Origin: Dehalococcoidia bacterium
GTDB taxonomy: Bacteria; Chloroflexota; Dehalococcoidia; Bin125
NCBI GenBank assembly: GCA_965203775.1
Contig: OZ241913.1
Coordinates: 2,522,366 to 2,586,365 of the forward strand
DNA length: 64,000 nucleotides
Direction of reading: 5' to 3'
Below are positions 9,765 to 24,384 of the stretch, piece by piece. A program made the position numbers and the translations under genes. How positions within the stretch are numbered: position 1 is the first letter of the stretch; each line of letters opens with the position of its first letter. The notes under the pieces were generated by a model, which saw nothing but the letters and a program-made list of their open reading frames with translations, did not search any database and was not told the origin of the DNA.

Positions 9765-9854
9765 CCCCCAAGCCTACGCCCACCCCCCAATCCACGCAGC
9801 CAACCCGCTCGCTCTGGTCCCTCCAAGTCATCCCTCCCCCTTGCCAGTGGGGAG

Positions 9855-10120
9855 TCTGCGAGTGGGCGGCGACGATGTTCGGGTTTTATTTTTTCTGGGC
9901 GTTCGGGGGTGATTCTGGGGGTGTCCCTATCTGGTCGGGGTGTTCGGCGGCGTTCGGGTTTGTTCAGGTTTGTTCGGATTTGTTCAGGGTTGTTCAGGGT
10001 GTGTTCGGGGTGGACGGTCGCGCCTGTGGTGCGGGGTTGGTTGGAGGGTGGGGAGGTGGGCATTTCTCGCACTTTCGTTCTTCTAGGGGTATGGTAGCAC
10101 GGTCGGGGGGAGTTGGGGTT
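9855..10120 (-). repeat. Dispersed GAAC-array element, copy X (homologous to 43474-43850)
   Basis: Minus strand reads GTGCTACCAT..AGAAGAACGAAAGTGCGAG..ATGCCC..CCCTGAACAACCCTGAACAAATCCGAACAAACCTGAACA..AAACCCGAACA..CGCCCACTCGCAGA. Confidence 0.8.
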
Positions 10121-10125
10121 GGGTG

Positions 10126-10225
10126 GTTCCTGCCTGCGCAGGAATGACGGGGAGGGGCGCAGGAATGACGGGGAGGGGCGCAGGTGTGACGGGGAGGGGC
10201 GCAGGCGTGACGAGGAGGGGGAGGG
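10126..10225. repeat. Repeat A plus degenerate 21-nt tandem units
   Basis: GGTTCCTGCCTGCGCAGGAATGACGGGGAGGGGC followed by three decaying copies of the tail. Confidence 0.8.
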
Positions 10226-10318
10226 CGTGGGGCTGCGGAGCCGGCTATCTGCTGCGTTGCTGCTTGCTGCGTTCTTGCGCTGTTCGGCGAAAGCGAGGAG
10301 TTGTATCCCCCCCCCCCC

Positions 10319-12573
<2,255 letters not shown>

Positions 12574-12577
<4 letters not shown>

Positions 12578-14544
12578 TGCCGGCTCCCTTTTGCGGCTGG
12601 CCGAACCAGCTCGTCGTCGCGCGCGCCGCCGTTTGGCTCGGCGGCGCGCTCCTGTCGTTCCTGTCGCCCATGTTGCTCTGGGCGATGGTGCAGCGAGAGC
12701 GCATCGTTGCGCGCCTGAACGACGCGCGCGGCCGCCTCGCTGATCTCCTCGTTGAGTTCGTCCGCCCTGCCCGCAATGTAGGTCGCCGCCGCCTCCGCCA
12801 CCGTCGTGCGTCCGTAGGCCTCTTCGTCGCGGGCCAGATTTTGCGCTTGCAGGCGGACTGATTCCCGTGTGCGCCGCCGGTCGAGTCGGCCGCAAACCTC
12901 GCGCGCCGCGGCGCGCGCTTCCTCGATCGTCAGCGGCGGCAGCTGCTCCGCGCCGCTGCGCAACTCTGCGATCCGTTCCTGCGTTTCATCGGGCAGCGTT
13001 TCGGCCCAGTCGGTGTTGTTCGGTTGCTCAAGCCGCGCGACCAGGATCGTTTGATCTTCCGCGTCGTCGATCAGCGCCGCCGGGTCGCCGGCGAGCGCGG
13101 CGAGTTCGGAGGCTGCTTCGCTGCGGCTGACGGCGATCCGCAGGAGGTACTCCTGCGCCGCGTCGCCCACGCGCCGTCGGCGGCGCTCCGGCGGCGGCTC
13201 GGCGCTGCGGGGCTCGCGCGGGCGATCGGCGCCGCGCGGCAGCGCGCCCACTTCGACTCGCCCGTAGGCCGCCAGGCGTTGCAGATACTCGCCCCGCACG
13301 ACGGGGTCGGCGATGGCCTGCACGAGCGGGGCGAGTTCGCGGACGAAATTCGAGCGTCCCCGCGCGTCGTCGAGATCGTGCGTTTCCCGTCCGCGCTCGA
13401 AGAGCCAATCGAGGAACGGCGGCGCGTCATCAACGAGTTGCGTCCAGACATGCGGGTCGCTGCGGATCAGGTCGTCGGGGTCGCGCCCTTCGGGCAGCTC
13501 GATGATGCGGATGTCGGCGGCGAGTTCGTCCTGCTGGCGGATGAGGCCGCGCGGGTCGATCGCGACGCGCGGTTCCGCGCCCATGCCGGCGCGGGCGGTT
13601 TCGATGCCGCGCCGCGTGGCGGCCTGGCCTGCCGTGTCGGCGTCGAGCGCGAAGCGGATGTCGCGCGTGAGCGGCTTGAGCAGCCGCACCTGAGCGTCGG
13701 TCAGCGAGGTGCCCATTGAGGCGACGGTCTGGGGCGTGCCGTGCTCGTGCGCGCTGATCACGTCGGTGTAGCCCTCGACGACGATCACGTGGCCGGCGCT
13801 GCGGATGGCGTCGCGGGCGAGGTTGAGGCCGTAGAGCAGCGAGCGCTTTTCGAAGAGCGGCGACTCGGGGGTGTTGACGTATTTGGCGGGCTCGTCGATC
13901 AGGGTGCGCCCGCCGAAGCCGACGCAGTCGCCGCGGGTGCTGCGGATGGGGAACATGAGGCGGTCGCGGAAGCGGTCGCGCGGGCCCTGCTCGGTCATCA
14001 CGACCAACCCTGCCTGCTCGAGGTCTTCGCTGCGGAAGCCGCGCGCGCCCAGGTGGCGAATGAGGCCGTCGGGTTCCGAGGGGGCGACGCCGATGCCGAA
14101 CCGTTCAATGCTGTCCGAGCCGAGTCCGCGCTGGGCGAGGTGCTCGCGGGCGGTTTGGCCCTCCTGGGCGTTGAGCAGTTGCCGCCACCAGATGAGGGCG
14201 GCTTCGTTGGCGTTGAGCAGCCGCTTGCGGGCCTCGTCGCGCGCTTCGGCTTCGGGCGAGCGGGGTTGCAATCGGATGCCGGCGCGCTGGGCGAGGCGCG
14301 AAAGGGCTTCGCGGAACTCGACGCTCTCGCGCTTCATGACCCAGCTGAAGATGTCGCCGCCCTCGGCGCAGGCGCCGAAGCAGCGCCAGGTCTGGCGGCG
14401 CGGATCGACGACGAAGGAGGGGGTTTTTTCGGCGTGGAAGGGGCAGCGGGCTTTGAAGGTCTGCCCGCTGCGCTGTAGCGCGACGGATTCAGCGATCAGA
14501 TCGACGATGTCGATCTGCGCCTTGATGTCGTCGGTCGCCGTCAC
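12574..14544 (-). CDS. dnaG: DNA primase
   Basis: CPFH..TPSF zinc finger, [35 protein letters not shown]. Confidence 0.96.
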
Positions 14545-14629
14545 CGGCTATGTCCGCACGTGTGAGAGGGCAGTGGGCACAGGGACATTCTACCACGTGT
14601 TTTACTTTTTGGGGGATGTGGGCGGCTTG

Positions 14630-15162
14630 GGTTCCTGCCTGCGCAGGAATGACGGAGGGGGCGCAGGAATGACGGAGGGGGCGCAGGAGTGGCGGAGGGG
14701 GCGTAGGAGTGACGGTGGGGGAGAGGTGGGGTGATCGGTGTGCGGCAAGACCGGCGGCTGGGTGGACGACTGGAGGTTGGCCGCAACAGCCTTTGTGCGC
14801 ACTCGCGGGCTTCCACCCCCCACCTAACCTCCCCCCTGAGAGGGGGGAGGGATGAATTGGGGAAGGGGGGAGGTGATGTGAGTGGTTCCTGCCTGCGCAG
14901 GAATGACGGAAGGGGGCGCAGGAATGGCGGAGGGGGAGTGGTGGGGTGATCGGTGTGCGGCAAGACCGGCGGCTGGGTGGACGACTGGAGGTTGGCCGCA
15001 ACAGCCTTTGTGCGCACTCGCGGGCTTCCACCCCCCACCTAACCTCCCCCCTGAGAGGGGGGAGGGATGAATTGGGGAGGGGTTGGGTGGTGGGTGGCGG
15101 GCGCGCGCGTGGTTCCTGCCTGCGCAGGAATGACGGAGGGGGGGCGCAGGAATGACGGAGGA
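14630..15162. repeat. Mosaic repeat A/B cluster with a 215-bp tandem duplication
   Basis: GTGATCGGTGTGCGGCAAGACC... at 14731 and 14946, each followed by repeat B (loop TGAGA) and repeat A. Confidence 0.88.
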
Positions 15163-15210
15163 AGGAGTGTGAGGGGGTGTTGCGTGGGGGTGTGCGATGG
15201 CGGGGCGGCT

Positions 15211-16908
15211 TTATTCGGGGGCGGCTTGGAGTTGGACACGGTTGTTTTGCTCGTTGGATTCCGGGGTTGTGTTGTCGGGGTCGAGGATCACCACCACCTG
15301 GCCGCTGTGGGGGACTGCGCCGGCGAGGATTTCGCTGTCGAGCGGTTGGAGCGGCGCGGCGGCGGCGCCGCGGCCGATGATCTCCAGCACTCTTCCATCT
15401 TCGGCGGTGATCTGGATGGTGAAGTCGCCCGAGGGTCCTGCGCCCTCGTTGATCACGGTGAGCAGGGCGTAGCCGTCGTCGGTGAAGCGCGCTTCGAGGA
15501 AGCGCAGGTCGGCGAGATCCTCGGGCGGCGGTTCCGGCTCGTCCGGTTCGTCATCGCCTGCTCCGTCGTCGGTCGGCTCGTCGTCGAGCGCGTCGTCGCC
15601 TGCGTCTGGGGCGGTGGATTCGGCGAGCACGAGTTGGAATGTGTTGTTGCCCGCGTCGGCGTCGGATGAGGCTTCGAGCACCACGAAGGCGTCGGTTTGT
15701 TCGTCGGGGCGAACTTCGAGCGGGACGCTGACGCGCTGATCGGGCTCGAGCGTCACCGTCGCCCTGGTCGAGGCCAGCACGCTGCCGTCCGCGATCCGAA
15801 TGAGCGAGAGCTCGATCGCGGCGCGCTCGGCGGGCGCGTCGCCGGTGTTGATGATCGCGACGCTGATGCCGTCTTCGTCTTGCCGCACCGTGAGGATCGC
15901 CAGGTCCGGCTCAGCGCTTTCCGCCTGCGCCTGATCGTCGCCGCCCGCCTGGTCTTGCGACTCTTCTTCGTCTGTTGAGTCGCCTTCTTGCTGGTCGCCG
16001 CCGACGCCGCCCAGGACGGTGATGCGGATCAGCGCTTCGTAGCGCTGCCGATCGGGCTCAGGTGTGAGCGCGACGAGTTGCAGGTCGTAAGCGCCGGGCC
16101 GGACCAGCCAGGCGTCGATGTTGCCGGCGGTGCCGCGGAAGACGCCGCCGGTCTCGCTCACGTCGGGCGTGGCGGAGTAGGCGAGTTGGGACTCGCCGAA
16201 GGAGCCGTCGGGGAGCACGGGGGTGACATAAAAGAGGACGCTCGCCAGCGGTCCGGTGCCGGAGGTCTCGATGGTCACGTCGAGCCGCTGATTCGAGTCG
16301 AGGTAGTAGAGCGCGCCGTCTTCGGGGCTGATGATTCGCGCGAGGCCGCCGCGGGCGGCGCTGGAGGACTGTCCGTCCTGCCCGCTCTGGGTTTGCGGCG
16401 GGGCGGCGACCGCTTCGGTTTCTTCCGCTTGCTCGTCGGTTTCGCCCGTGTCCAACGCGGCGGCGGCGTTCTCGGCTTGCCGCGCGGCGGCGGCCTGCGC
16501 GACCCGCTCTTCGTCGTCGGTCACATCTACGCGCACGGCCAACTCGGTCTGGATGCCGGCGGTGTCGGTCGCGACGACCCGGAGATTGGCGAGGCCGAGC
16601 GTTTGCGGGGTCCAGAAGAGGGTGGCGTTGTAGATGCCCTGGTCGGCGTTGTCGAGCGCCAGCGCCTGGCGGACGAGTGCGCCCTCGACGAACAGGGCGA
16701 AGGTGGAGATCGGCTCGCCGCTGCGGGCACGCACCTCGACGGCAAGCGGAGCGTTGATCAGCACCGGCTGATCGTCGGTCAGGGAGATGACCATGACGGG
16801 CGGGGCGGTTTCGGAGTCGCCGGAAAAGCGGAGCACGAGGATGACGGCGACGGCGACGATTCCGCCGAGCGCCAGCAGCACGATCAGGCTTCCGATGCGG
16901 CTTCCCAT
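15211..16908 (-). CDS. Membrane-anchored surface protein with Ig-like/CARDB-like domains
   Basis: N-terminal TM; DL..L, INTG/INEG, DPDNTTPESNEQNN CARDB-type motifs; acidic linkers. Confidence 0.65.
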   Translation of the reverse strand: MGSRIGSLIVLLALGGIVAVAVILVLRFSGDSETAPPVMVISLTDDQPVLINAPLAVEVRARSGEPISTFALFVEGALVRQALALDNADQGIYNATLFWTPQTLGLANLRVVATDTAGIQTELAVRVDVTDDEERVAQAAAARQAENAAAALDTGETDEQAEETEAVAAPPQTQSGQDGQSSSAARGGLARIISPEDGALYYLDSNQRLDVTIETSGTGPLASVLFYVTPVLPDGSFGESQLAYSATPDVSETGGVFRGTAGNIDAWLVRPGAYDLQLVALTPEPDRQRYEALIRITVLGGVGGDQQEGDSTDEEESQDQAGGDDQAQAESAEPDLAILTVRQDEDGISVAIINTGDAPAERAAIELSLIRIADGSVLASTRATVTLEPDQRVSVPLEVRPDEQTDAFVVLEASSDADAGNNTFQLVLAESTAPDAGDDALDDEPTDDGAGDDEPDEPEPPPEDLADLRFLEARFTDDGYALLTVINEGAGPSGDFTIQITAEDGRVLEIIGRGAAAAPLQPLDSEILAGAVPHSGQVVVILDPDNTTPESNEQNNRVQLQAAPE

Positions 16909-16964
16909 GCCTGCTCCCGCTCTCGCCGCGGCACTCGGCGAGTGTCAGGCGCCGGGCGCCGCCA

Positions 16965-19259
16965 CTAGCCGAGCACCCGGGCTTCTGCGTCCGCCACAAG
17001 CTGTCGGGTCCGCTCGATCACATCGGGCGTGACGGAGATCGAGGTGATCCCCCACTCGACGAGACGCTCGGCGAGGTCTGGATGTTCCGACGGGCCCTGC
17101 CCGCAGACGGAGACGGTCACGCCGCAGCGGGCGGCGGTTTCGATCACGCTGCGGATCGCCTTCAGCACGGCCGGGTTGCGCTCGTCGAAGGTGTCGGCGA
17201 AGCGCTCCGAATCGCGGTCGATGCCGAGCGTCAGCTGGGTGAGGTCGTTGGAGCCGATCGAGACGCCATCGACGCCCTGGGCGATGAACTCGTCGAGCAG
17301 CCAGACATTGGCGGGCACCTCGACCATGATCCAGATTTTGAAGCCGTCGGCGCGGCGCAGTCCGAAGCCTTCGACCAGCTCGATCACCCGGCGCAGTTCG
17401 TCGGTGGTGCGCACGAAGGGGATCATCAGGTGCAAGCCGGGGTAGCGCTCGCGGACCTGTTGCAGGGCGCGCAGCTCGAGCTCGAAGAGGTCCGGCTCGC
17501 GTACGTAGCGGGCCGCGCCGCGATAGCCGATCATCGGGTTCTCTTCGTCGGGCTCGTATTCCGCGCCGCCTTTGAGGTTGGCGTACTCGTTGGTCTTGAA
17601 GTCGGTCGCGCGGTAGACGACGGGGCGTGGGTGGAATGCGCCGGCGATCGTCTCCAGCCCCTCGGCGAGGCGGGCGACGTATTCGTCGCCGCGCCCGCTG
17701 TCGAGGAAGGAGCGGGGGTGCTCGCCGATTCGGGCGATGATGAATTCGGCGCGCAGCAGCCCGACGCCGTCAACGGCGCGTTCGGCGACGCGCTCGGCGA
17801 TCTCCGGGTCGGCCAGGTTCACATAAATCTTGGTGCGGGTTTCCGGCGCTTCGGCGAGGCTGCGCTGCTGCTGACGCCGCCACCAGTCGATCAGCTCGGG
17901 ATGCTCGCCCTCGTAGACCTGGCCGGAGGCGGCGTCAACGGTGATCAGCAGCCCGTCGGCGAGTTCGCGCGCGCCGGCGGCGCCGACGATGCAGGGCACG
18001 CCGAGTTCGCGGCTGATGATCGCCGCGTGGCAGGTGCGCCCGCCCTTTTCGGTGATGATCGCCGCGGCGCGCTTCATCGCGGGCACGAAATCGGGCGTGG
18101 TCATCTCCGCGACCAGCACATCGCCCTCGGCGATCAGGTTGGTCTGGGCGGGATCGGCGACGACGCGCACGCGCCCGGCGGCGACGCCGGGGCTAGCGGC
18201 GGAGCCGCTGAGCAGCGGTTCGGACTGAGGCGTTGGCGCGTCGTCGAGGTCGCCGGTCGGCTGCGCCAGCGTCGTGATCGGGCGGGTCTGGAGCAGATAG
18301 AAGCGCCCCTCGGCCCAGCCCCACTCGATGTCCTGCGGGCTGCCGTAGTGGCGCTCGATTCGCTTGCCGATGCGGGTCAGCTCGAGCACCTGCGCGTCGC
18401 TCAGCTTCTCCCGCCCGCCGTCCGCCTCGCTCAACTCCCGCCAGATGTTCGCCTCGCCGCCGCCCGCTCCGCTGCCTGTTCCGTTGGGATTGCGCACCAG
18501 CATCCGATCCTGGACAAACGTCTGGCGCTGCAAAATCGATTCTTCGGACTTCCCTACCTCATAGTGATCGGGGCTGACCAGGCCCGAAACGACGGCCTCG
18601 CCGAGCCCGAAGGCGGCCTCGATCACGACCCGATCCGGGTCGTTGGAGATCGGGTCGATCGTGAACATCACGCCCGACGCCTGCGATTGCACCATGCGCT
18701 GCACGGGCACGGCGAGGTCGACCTCGGTGTGGCCCCAGCCGGCGTTCTCGCGGTAGAAGATCGCGCGGGCCTCGAAGAGCGAGGCCCAGCAGCGCTGCAC
18801 GGCGTCGACGACTTCGGCCGCGCCCTCGATGTTGAGGTAGGTGGACTGCTGCCCGGCGAATGAGGCTTCGGCGAGGTCTTCGGCGGTGGCGGAGGAGCGC
18901 ACCGCGACCGGCCCCTCGCCCAGCTCGCGGTAGGCCGCTTCGATTTGCTCGCGCAGGTCGGCCGGCATCGGCGCTTCCTCGATCGCCGCCCGCACCTGGC
19001 AGGCGATGTCCTGCAGCGCTTCGTCGTCCTCAACGTTCAGGCCCTCGACCAGTTCGGCGATGCGGCGATCGAGGCCGGTGTCCAGCAGGAAGGCGCGGTA
19101 GGCGGAGGTGGTGACGACGAATCCGGGCGGGACGGGGATTTGGGCCTGGGTCAGTTCGCCCAGGTTCGCGCCCTTGCCGCCGACGAGCGGCGTCGCGTCG
19201 CGCCCGACCTGGTCGAACCAGACGATCGAGGCGCGTTCGAGGGCGGAGTTCAGCGGCAT
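16965..19259 (-). CDS. ppsA: Phosphoenolpyruvate synthase
   Basis: GGKGANLGE, AVRSSATAED, GGRTCHAAIISRE (phospho-His), EENPMIGYRG, SIGSNDLTQ. Confidence 0.95.
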   Translation of the reverse strand: MPLNSALERASIVWFDQVGRDATPLVGGKGANLGELTQAQIPVPPGFVVTTSAYRAFLLDTGLDRRIAELVEGLNVEDDEALQDIACQVRAAIEEAPMPADLREQIEAAYRELGEGPVAVRSSATAEDLAEASFAGQQSTYLNIEGAAEVVDAVQRCWASLFEARAIFYRENAGWGHTEVDLAVPVQRMVQSQASGVMFTIDPISNDPDRVVIEAAFGLGEAVVSGLVSPDHYEVGKSEESILQRQTFVQDRMLVRNPNGTGSGAGGGEANIWRELSEADGGREKLSDAQVLELTRIGKRIERHYGSPQDIEWGWAEGRFYLLQTRPITTLAQPTGDLDDAPTPQSEPLLSGSAASPGVAAGRVRVVADPAQTNLIAEGDVLVAEMTTPDFVPAMKRAAAIITEKGGRTCHAAIISRELGVPCIVGAAGARELADGLLITVDAASGQVYEGEHPELIDWWRRQQQRSLAEAPETRTKIYVNLADPEIAERVAERAVDGVGLLRAEFIIARIGEHPRSFLDSGRGDEYVARLAEGLETIAGAFHPRPVVYRATDFKTNEYANLKGGAEYEPDEENPMIGYRGAARYVREPDLFELELRALQQVRERYPGLHLMIPFVRTTDELRRVIELVEGFGLRRADGFKIWIMVEVPANVWLLDEFIAQGVDGVSIGSNDLTQLTLGIDRDSERFADTFDERNPAVLKAIRSVIETAARCGVTVSVCGQGPSEHPDLAERLVEWGITSISVTPDVIERTRQLVADAEARVLG

Positions 19260-19335
19260 GCGGCGTCCCGTCTCGGAGTGGATGGCAGGATATCACCGCA
19301 TGGACACAGCGCACCCCGCCGGCGGCGTCGGGCGT

Positions 19336-21180
<1,845 letters not shown>

Positions 21181-21211
21181 GATGTTCCCCGCGCCCCGCC
21201 CGCCGCGCCGC

Positions 21212-22633
21212 TCAGCCGGCGCTGGTCCAGGACCGCCCGTTGCTGCGGGCCGGGATTGCGCTGGACGAGCCGACTTCGGCGTTCGCGATCCACTCTACGA
21301 TCTCGGAGAGGGTGTAGACAAATGAGACGGGGCGCTCGAGCTGCGCCTCCAGATCGGCGGGCGTCATGTCGTCAAGGAAGCGCTTGCCGAAGTAGTCGAG
21401 GCTGGCGCGCGGCAGAAAGACGCGCTCGCCTGGATCGCGGCCTTCGAGCGCCGCCACGAAGTCCGCGCCGGGCAGCAGGCCCGAGACGTTGACCCGCGCG
21501 CCGAAGAGCGAGTTGGCGACGGGAACGACATCGATCTCCAAATCGATCCATTCGGACATTTCGGCGGCGAGCGTTTGCAGGATGGGTGCGATCAGCGCGC
21601 CGCAGGCCAGCGTGATCCGCTGCGGCCGCTTCGGCGGCAGCGAAATTCGGCCTTCGCGCAGCCGGCGGCGCGCCCGCCGCCAGTCGTCGAGCAGCGTGCG
21701 CACCATCCCCACGCCGTTCTCCCACTGGGGGAAGCCGTCGTAGCGGGCGGCCGCGGGGATGCGCGCGCCGGCGGTGAGATAGATCTCGTCGGTCGGGAAG
21801 ACGATCGACGCGCCGCGCTCGTCGCGGGCGCGGCGCTGCCAGCGCCCCAGCTGGCGCACGGCGCGGCGCGCTTCCGCGGGCGTGCAGGCGCGCATTCCAT
21901 CGTCGCCGATTCGTTCTTCGCCCTGGATGCTCGAACCGACCGGCGCGACGCCGATCGAGAGCACATTCTCGTGCTGGAGCAGCTCGCTCACGGTCCGGTC
22001 GAGCGCGTCGCCGTCGTTCACGCCGGGGCAGAGCACGACCTGGGTGTGCGCCTCGATTCGCATCGCCGCCAGACGGCGCAGCTGTTCGCGGATGTCGGGC
22101 GCGCGGCGGTTGCCGAGCATTCGCCGGCGCAGCTCGAGCTCGGTCGCGTGGACCGAGATGTGCAGCGGGCTGAGCCGTTGCTCTTCGAGCCGCTGCCAGT
22201 CGTCCTCGCTGAGGTTGGTCAGCGTGACGAAATTGCCGTGCAGGAAGGAGAGCCGGTAGTCGTCGTCCTTCAGATAGAGCGGGCGGCGCAGGCCCTTGGG
22301 CAGCCCTTTGAGGAAGCAGAAGAAGCAGGTGTTGTTGCAGATGCGCGTGCCGTCGAAGGCGTCGTCCGCGAACTCGATGCCAAGCGGCTCGTCGATCGGT
22401 TTCTCAAACTCGACGATGCCCGGCTCGCCGTCGTGGATCACATCCAGCGAGACGAAGCTGTCGGTGGTTTGGAAGCGGTAGTCGAGCTGGTCGCGCGGCG
22501 CTTCGCCGTTCACGCGCAGCACGCGGTCGCCGGGTTGCAGGCCTGCCTCTTGCGCGAGCGAGTCGGGCTCGATCGAGGCGATGGCGCCGCTGCGGCCCCT
22601 GGAGCGGGCTGTTGGGCGAGTTGAGCGGGACAT
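21212..22633 (-). CDS. PDZ + radical-SAM-like DUF512 protein
   Basis: PDZ N-terminus, CxxxCxxC (CNNTCFFC), KDDDYRLSF, ENGVGM. Confidence 0.85.
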   Translation of the reverse strand: MSRSTRPTARSRGRSGAIASIEPDSLAQEAGLQPGDRVLRVNGEAPRDQLDYRFQTTDSFVSLDVIHDGEPGIVEFEKPIDEPLGIEFADDAFDGTRICNNTCFFCFLKGLPKGLRRPLYLKDDDYRLSFLHGNFVTLTNLSEDDWQRLEEQRLSPLHISVHATELELRRRMLGNRRAPDIREQLRRLAAMRIEAHTQVVLCPGVNDGDALDRTVSELLQHENVLSIGVAPVGSSIQGEERIGDDGMRACTPAEARRAVRQLGRWQRRARDERGASIVFPTDEIYLTAGARIPAAARYDGFPQWENGVGMVRTLLDDWRRARRRLREGRISLPPKRPQRITLACGALIAPILQTLAAEMSEWIDLEIDVVPVANSLFGARVNVSGLLPGADFVAALEGRDPGERVFLPRASLDYFGKRFLDDMTPADLEAQLERPVSFVYTLSEIVEWIANAEVGSSSAIPARSNGRSWTSAG

Positions 22634-22668
22634 CGTGGCCGAGTTCCGATCGATCCTGTCGGTCCCGC

Positions 22669-23547
22669 TCAGGTTCCCGCCGCGGCGAGCTGGCGGCCGA
22701 TTTCCTCAACCCGATTGGCGACGGCGTCGATCGAGAAATCCGGCGTCGATGCGCCCGCGGTGACGCCGACATCCTCGTGGCCCTCGAACCATTCGTCGCA
22801 CAGCTCGTCGGCCGTCTCGACGTGGTAGGTTTCGACGCCGTTGGCGCGGGAGAGGTCAGCGAGGTGGCGGGTATTGGCGCTGTTGTGCCCGCCGACGACG
22901 ATCATCAGATCCACCTCTTCGGCCAGGTCGCGCGTGGCGGCCTGCTGCGAGGTGGTCGCGTTGCAGAGCACGTTGACGACGCGGATTTCAGTGATCTGGT
23001 CGACCCGCTTGGCCATCAGGTTGGCGACGAACTGGGCGAAGCGCTCCGGGGTGTGGGTGGTCTGCGAGATCACCCCGATCTTGCTGGGCAGATAGTCGGG
23101 CAGGCCGTCGAGCGACTCGTCGGGGATGACCAGCCCGCGCCCGCGGCACCAGCCGAGCACGCCCTTGACCTCGGGGTGGGTGGGGTCGCCGAAGATGATC
23201 ACGGTGAAGCCGCGCTCGGCCAGATTGCGCGCCGCCCGCTGCGAGCGGGCGACGAACTGGCAGGTGGTGTCGATTACGTCGAAACCCCGCTCTTCGATGT
23301 CGCGCACCACCGTCTCGCCGACGCCGTGCGCGGTGATCGCCACCGTTGAGGTGTCGACGCCGTTGACCGTGCGCGACTCGTTGACCGCGATGCCGGTCTC
23401 TTCGAGCTGGGCGACGACCTGCGGATTGTGTACGACCTGGCCGAGCGTGGTGACGCGCCGTCCTTCGGAGGCCGCTTCCTGCATCATGTCCACGGCGCGG
23501 CGGACGCCGAAGCAGAAACCCATATCCCGCGCTCGGTGAATTCGCAT
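22669..23547 (-). CDS. ispH: 4-hydroxy-3-methylbut-2-enyl diphosphate reductase
   Basis: GFCFGVRRA, AHGV, DTTC, CNAT..Q, SANT, TAGASTPD. Confidence 0.95.
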   Translation of the reverse strand: MRIHRARDMGFCFGVRRAVDMMQEAASEGRRVTTLGQVVHNPQVVAQLEETGIAVNESRTVNGVDTSTVAITAHGVGETVVRDIEERGFDVIDTTCQFVARSQRAARNLAERGFTVIIFGDPTHPEVKGVLGWCRGRGLVIPDESLDGLPDYLPSKIGVISQTTHTPERFAQFVANLMAKRVDQITEIRVVNVLCNATTSQQAATRDLAEEVDLMIVVGGHNSANTRHLADLSRANGVETYHVETADELCDEWFEGHEDVGVTAGASTPDFSIDAVANRVEEIGRQLAAAGT

Positions 23548-24365
23548 TAGCGGGTCCCTTCTTCGCGGGCGGCGTCGAGCTCGGCGCGACGCTCCGCCTC
23601 CAGATCGAGGTCGGCGTATACGCCACGATACGACTCAGGCAGCTGAGCGGCAATCTCCGCCATCAGCCGGCGATGCGCGCGGGCGACATCGTCGCGCCGA
23701 ATTCGCGCGCCGCGGCGCAGCACGAACGGCTCGCCGGCGGTGAGTTGGACGGGTTTCTGGCTGATGATCGAGCGCCAGCCGCCGCGCAGATGCTCGCTAC
23801 CCCAGATGCCGACCGGCACGACGGGCGCGCCGGAGCGCAGCGCCAGCAGGGCGGTGCCGGTGTGCGCCTCGATCAACGCGCCGCTGTCGGAGCGGTGGCC
23901 TTCGGGGAACATCCCGAGCACTTCGCCCGCCGAGAGCAGCCGCTCGGCCTCGCGCAGCGCCGCCCGATCGCCCTTGCCGCGGCGCACCGGAAAGCCGCCC
24001 GAAAGCGCGAACAGGTAGCCGATCACCGGCTCCTTCTGGAACAGCTCGATTTTGGACATGTAGCGCGGCGAACGGGGGTAGATGGCGGAGGCGATCATGG
24101 CCGGATCGGCGGAGGAGAGGTGGTTGGAGGCGATGATCACGCCGCCTTTGGGGATGCGGTCGAAGTGGCGCCACTCGCAGCGGATAATGCGCAGGAAGGC
24201 GAAGCGGGCGAAGAAGCCGGCGACGATGAACCAGGCCCGCGAGGCGTTGGGCATGCCGGGCAGCCCGACCTGGCGCAGCGCTTCGGACTCGCCGAAGATC
24301 GCGCGGGTCAGCTGGCGCGTGACCCAGCGGTAGATTCGTTTGCCCGTGCTCAGCTCTGCGGCCAT
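23547..24365 (-). CDS. plsC: Lysophospholipid acyltransferase (PlsC family)
   Basis: NHLSSAD and FPEGHRS motifs; lies between cmk and ispH. Confidence 0.85.
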   Translation of the reverse strand: MAAELSTGKRIYRWVTRQLTRAIFGESEALRQVGLPGMPNASRAWFIVAGFFARFAFLRIIRCEWRHFDRIPKGGVIIASNHLSSADPAMIASAIYPRSPRYMSKIELFQKEPVIGYLFALSGGFPVRRGKGDRAALREAERLLSAGEVLGMFPEGHRSDSGALIEAHTGTALLALRSGAPVVPVGIWGSEHLRGGWRSIISQKPVQLTAGEPFVLRRGARIRRDDVARAHRRLMAEIAAQLPESYRGVYADLDLEAERRAELDAAREEGTR

Positions 24366-24384
24366 CGCGCGCGCCGTCCGGATC

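Noticed and set aside
21181-21211. glmS ribozyme
   Set aside because: Only about 30 bp separate glmS from the upstream gene
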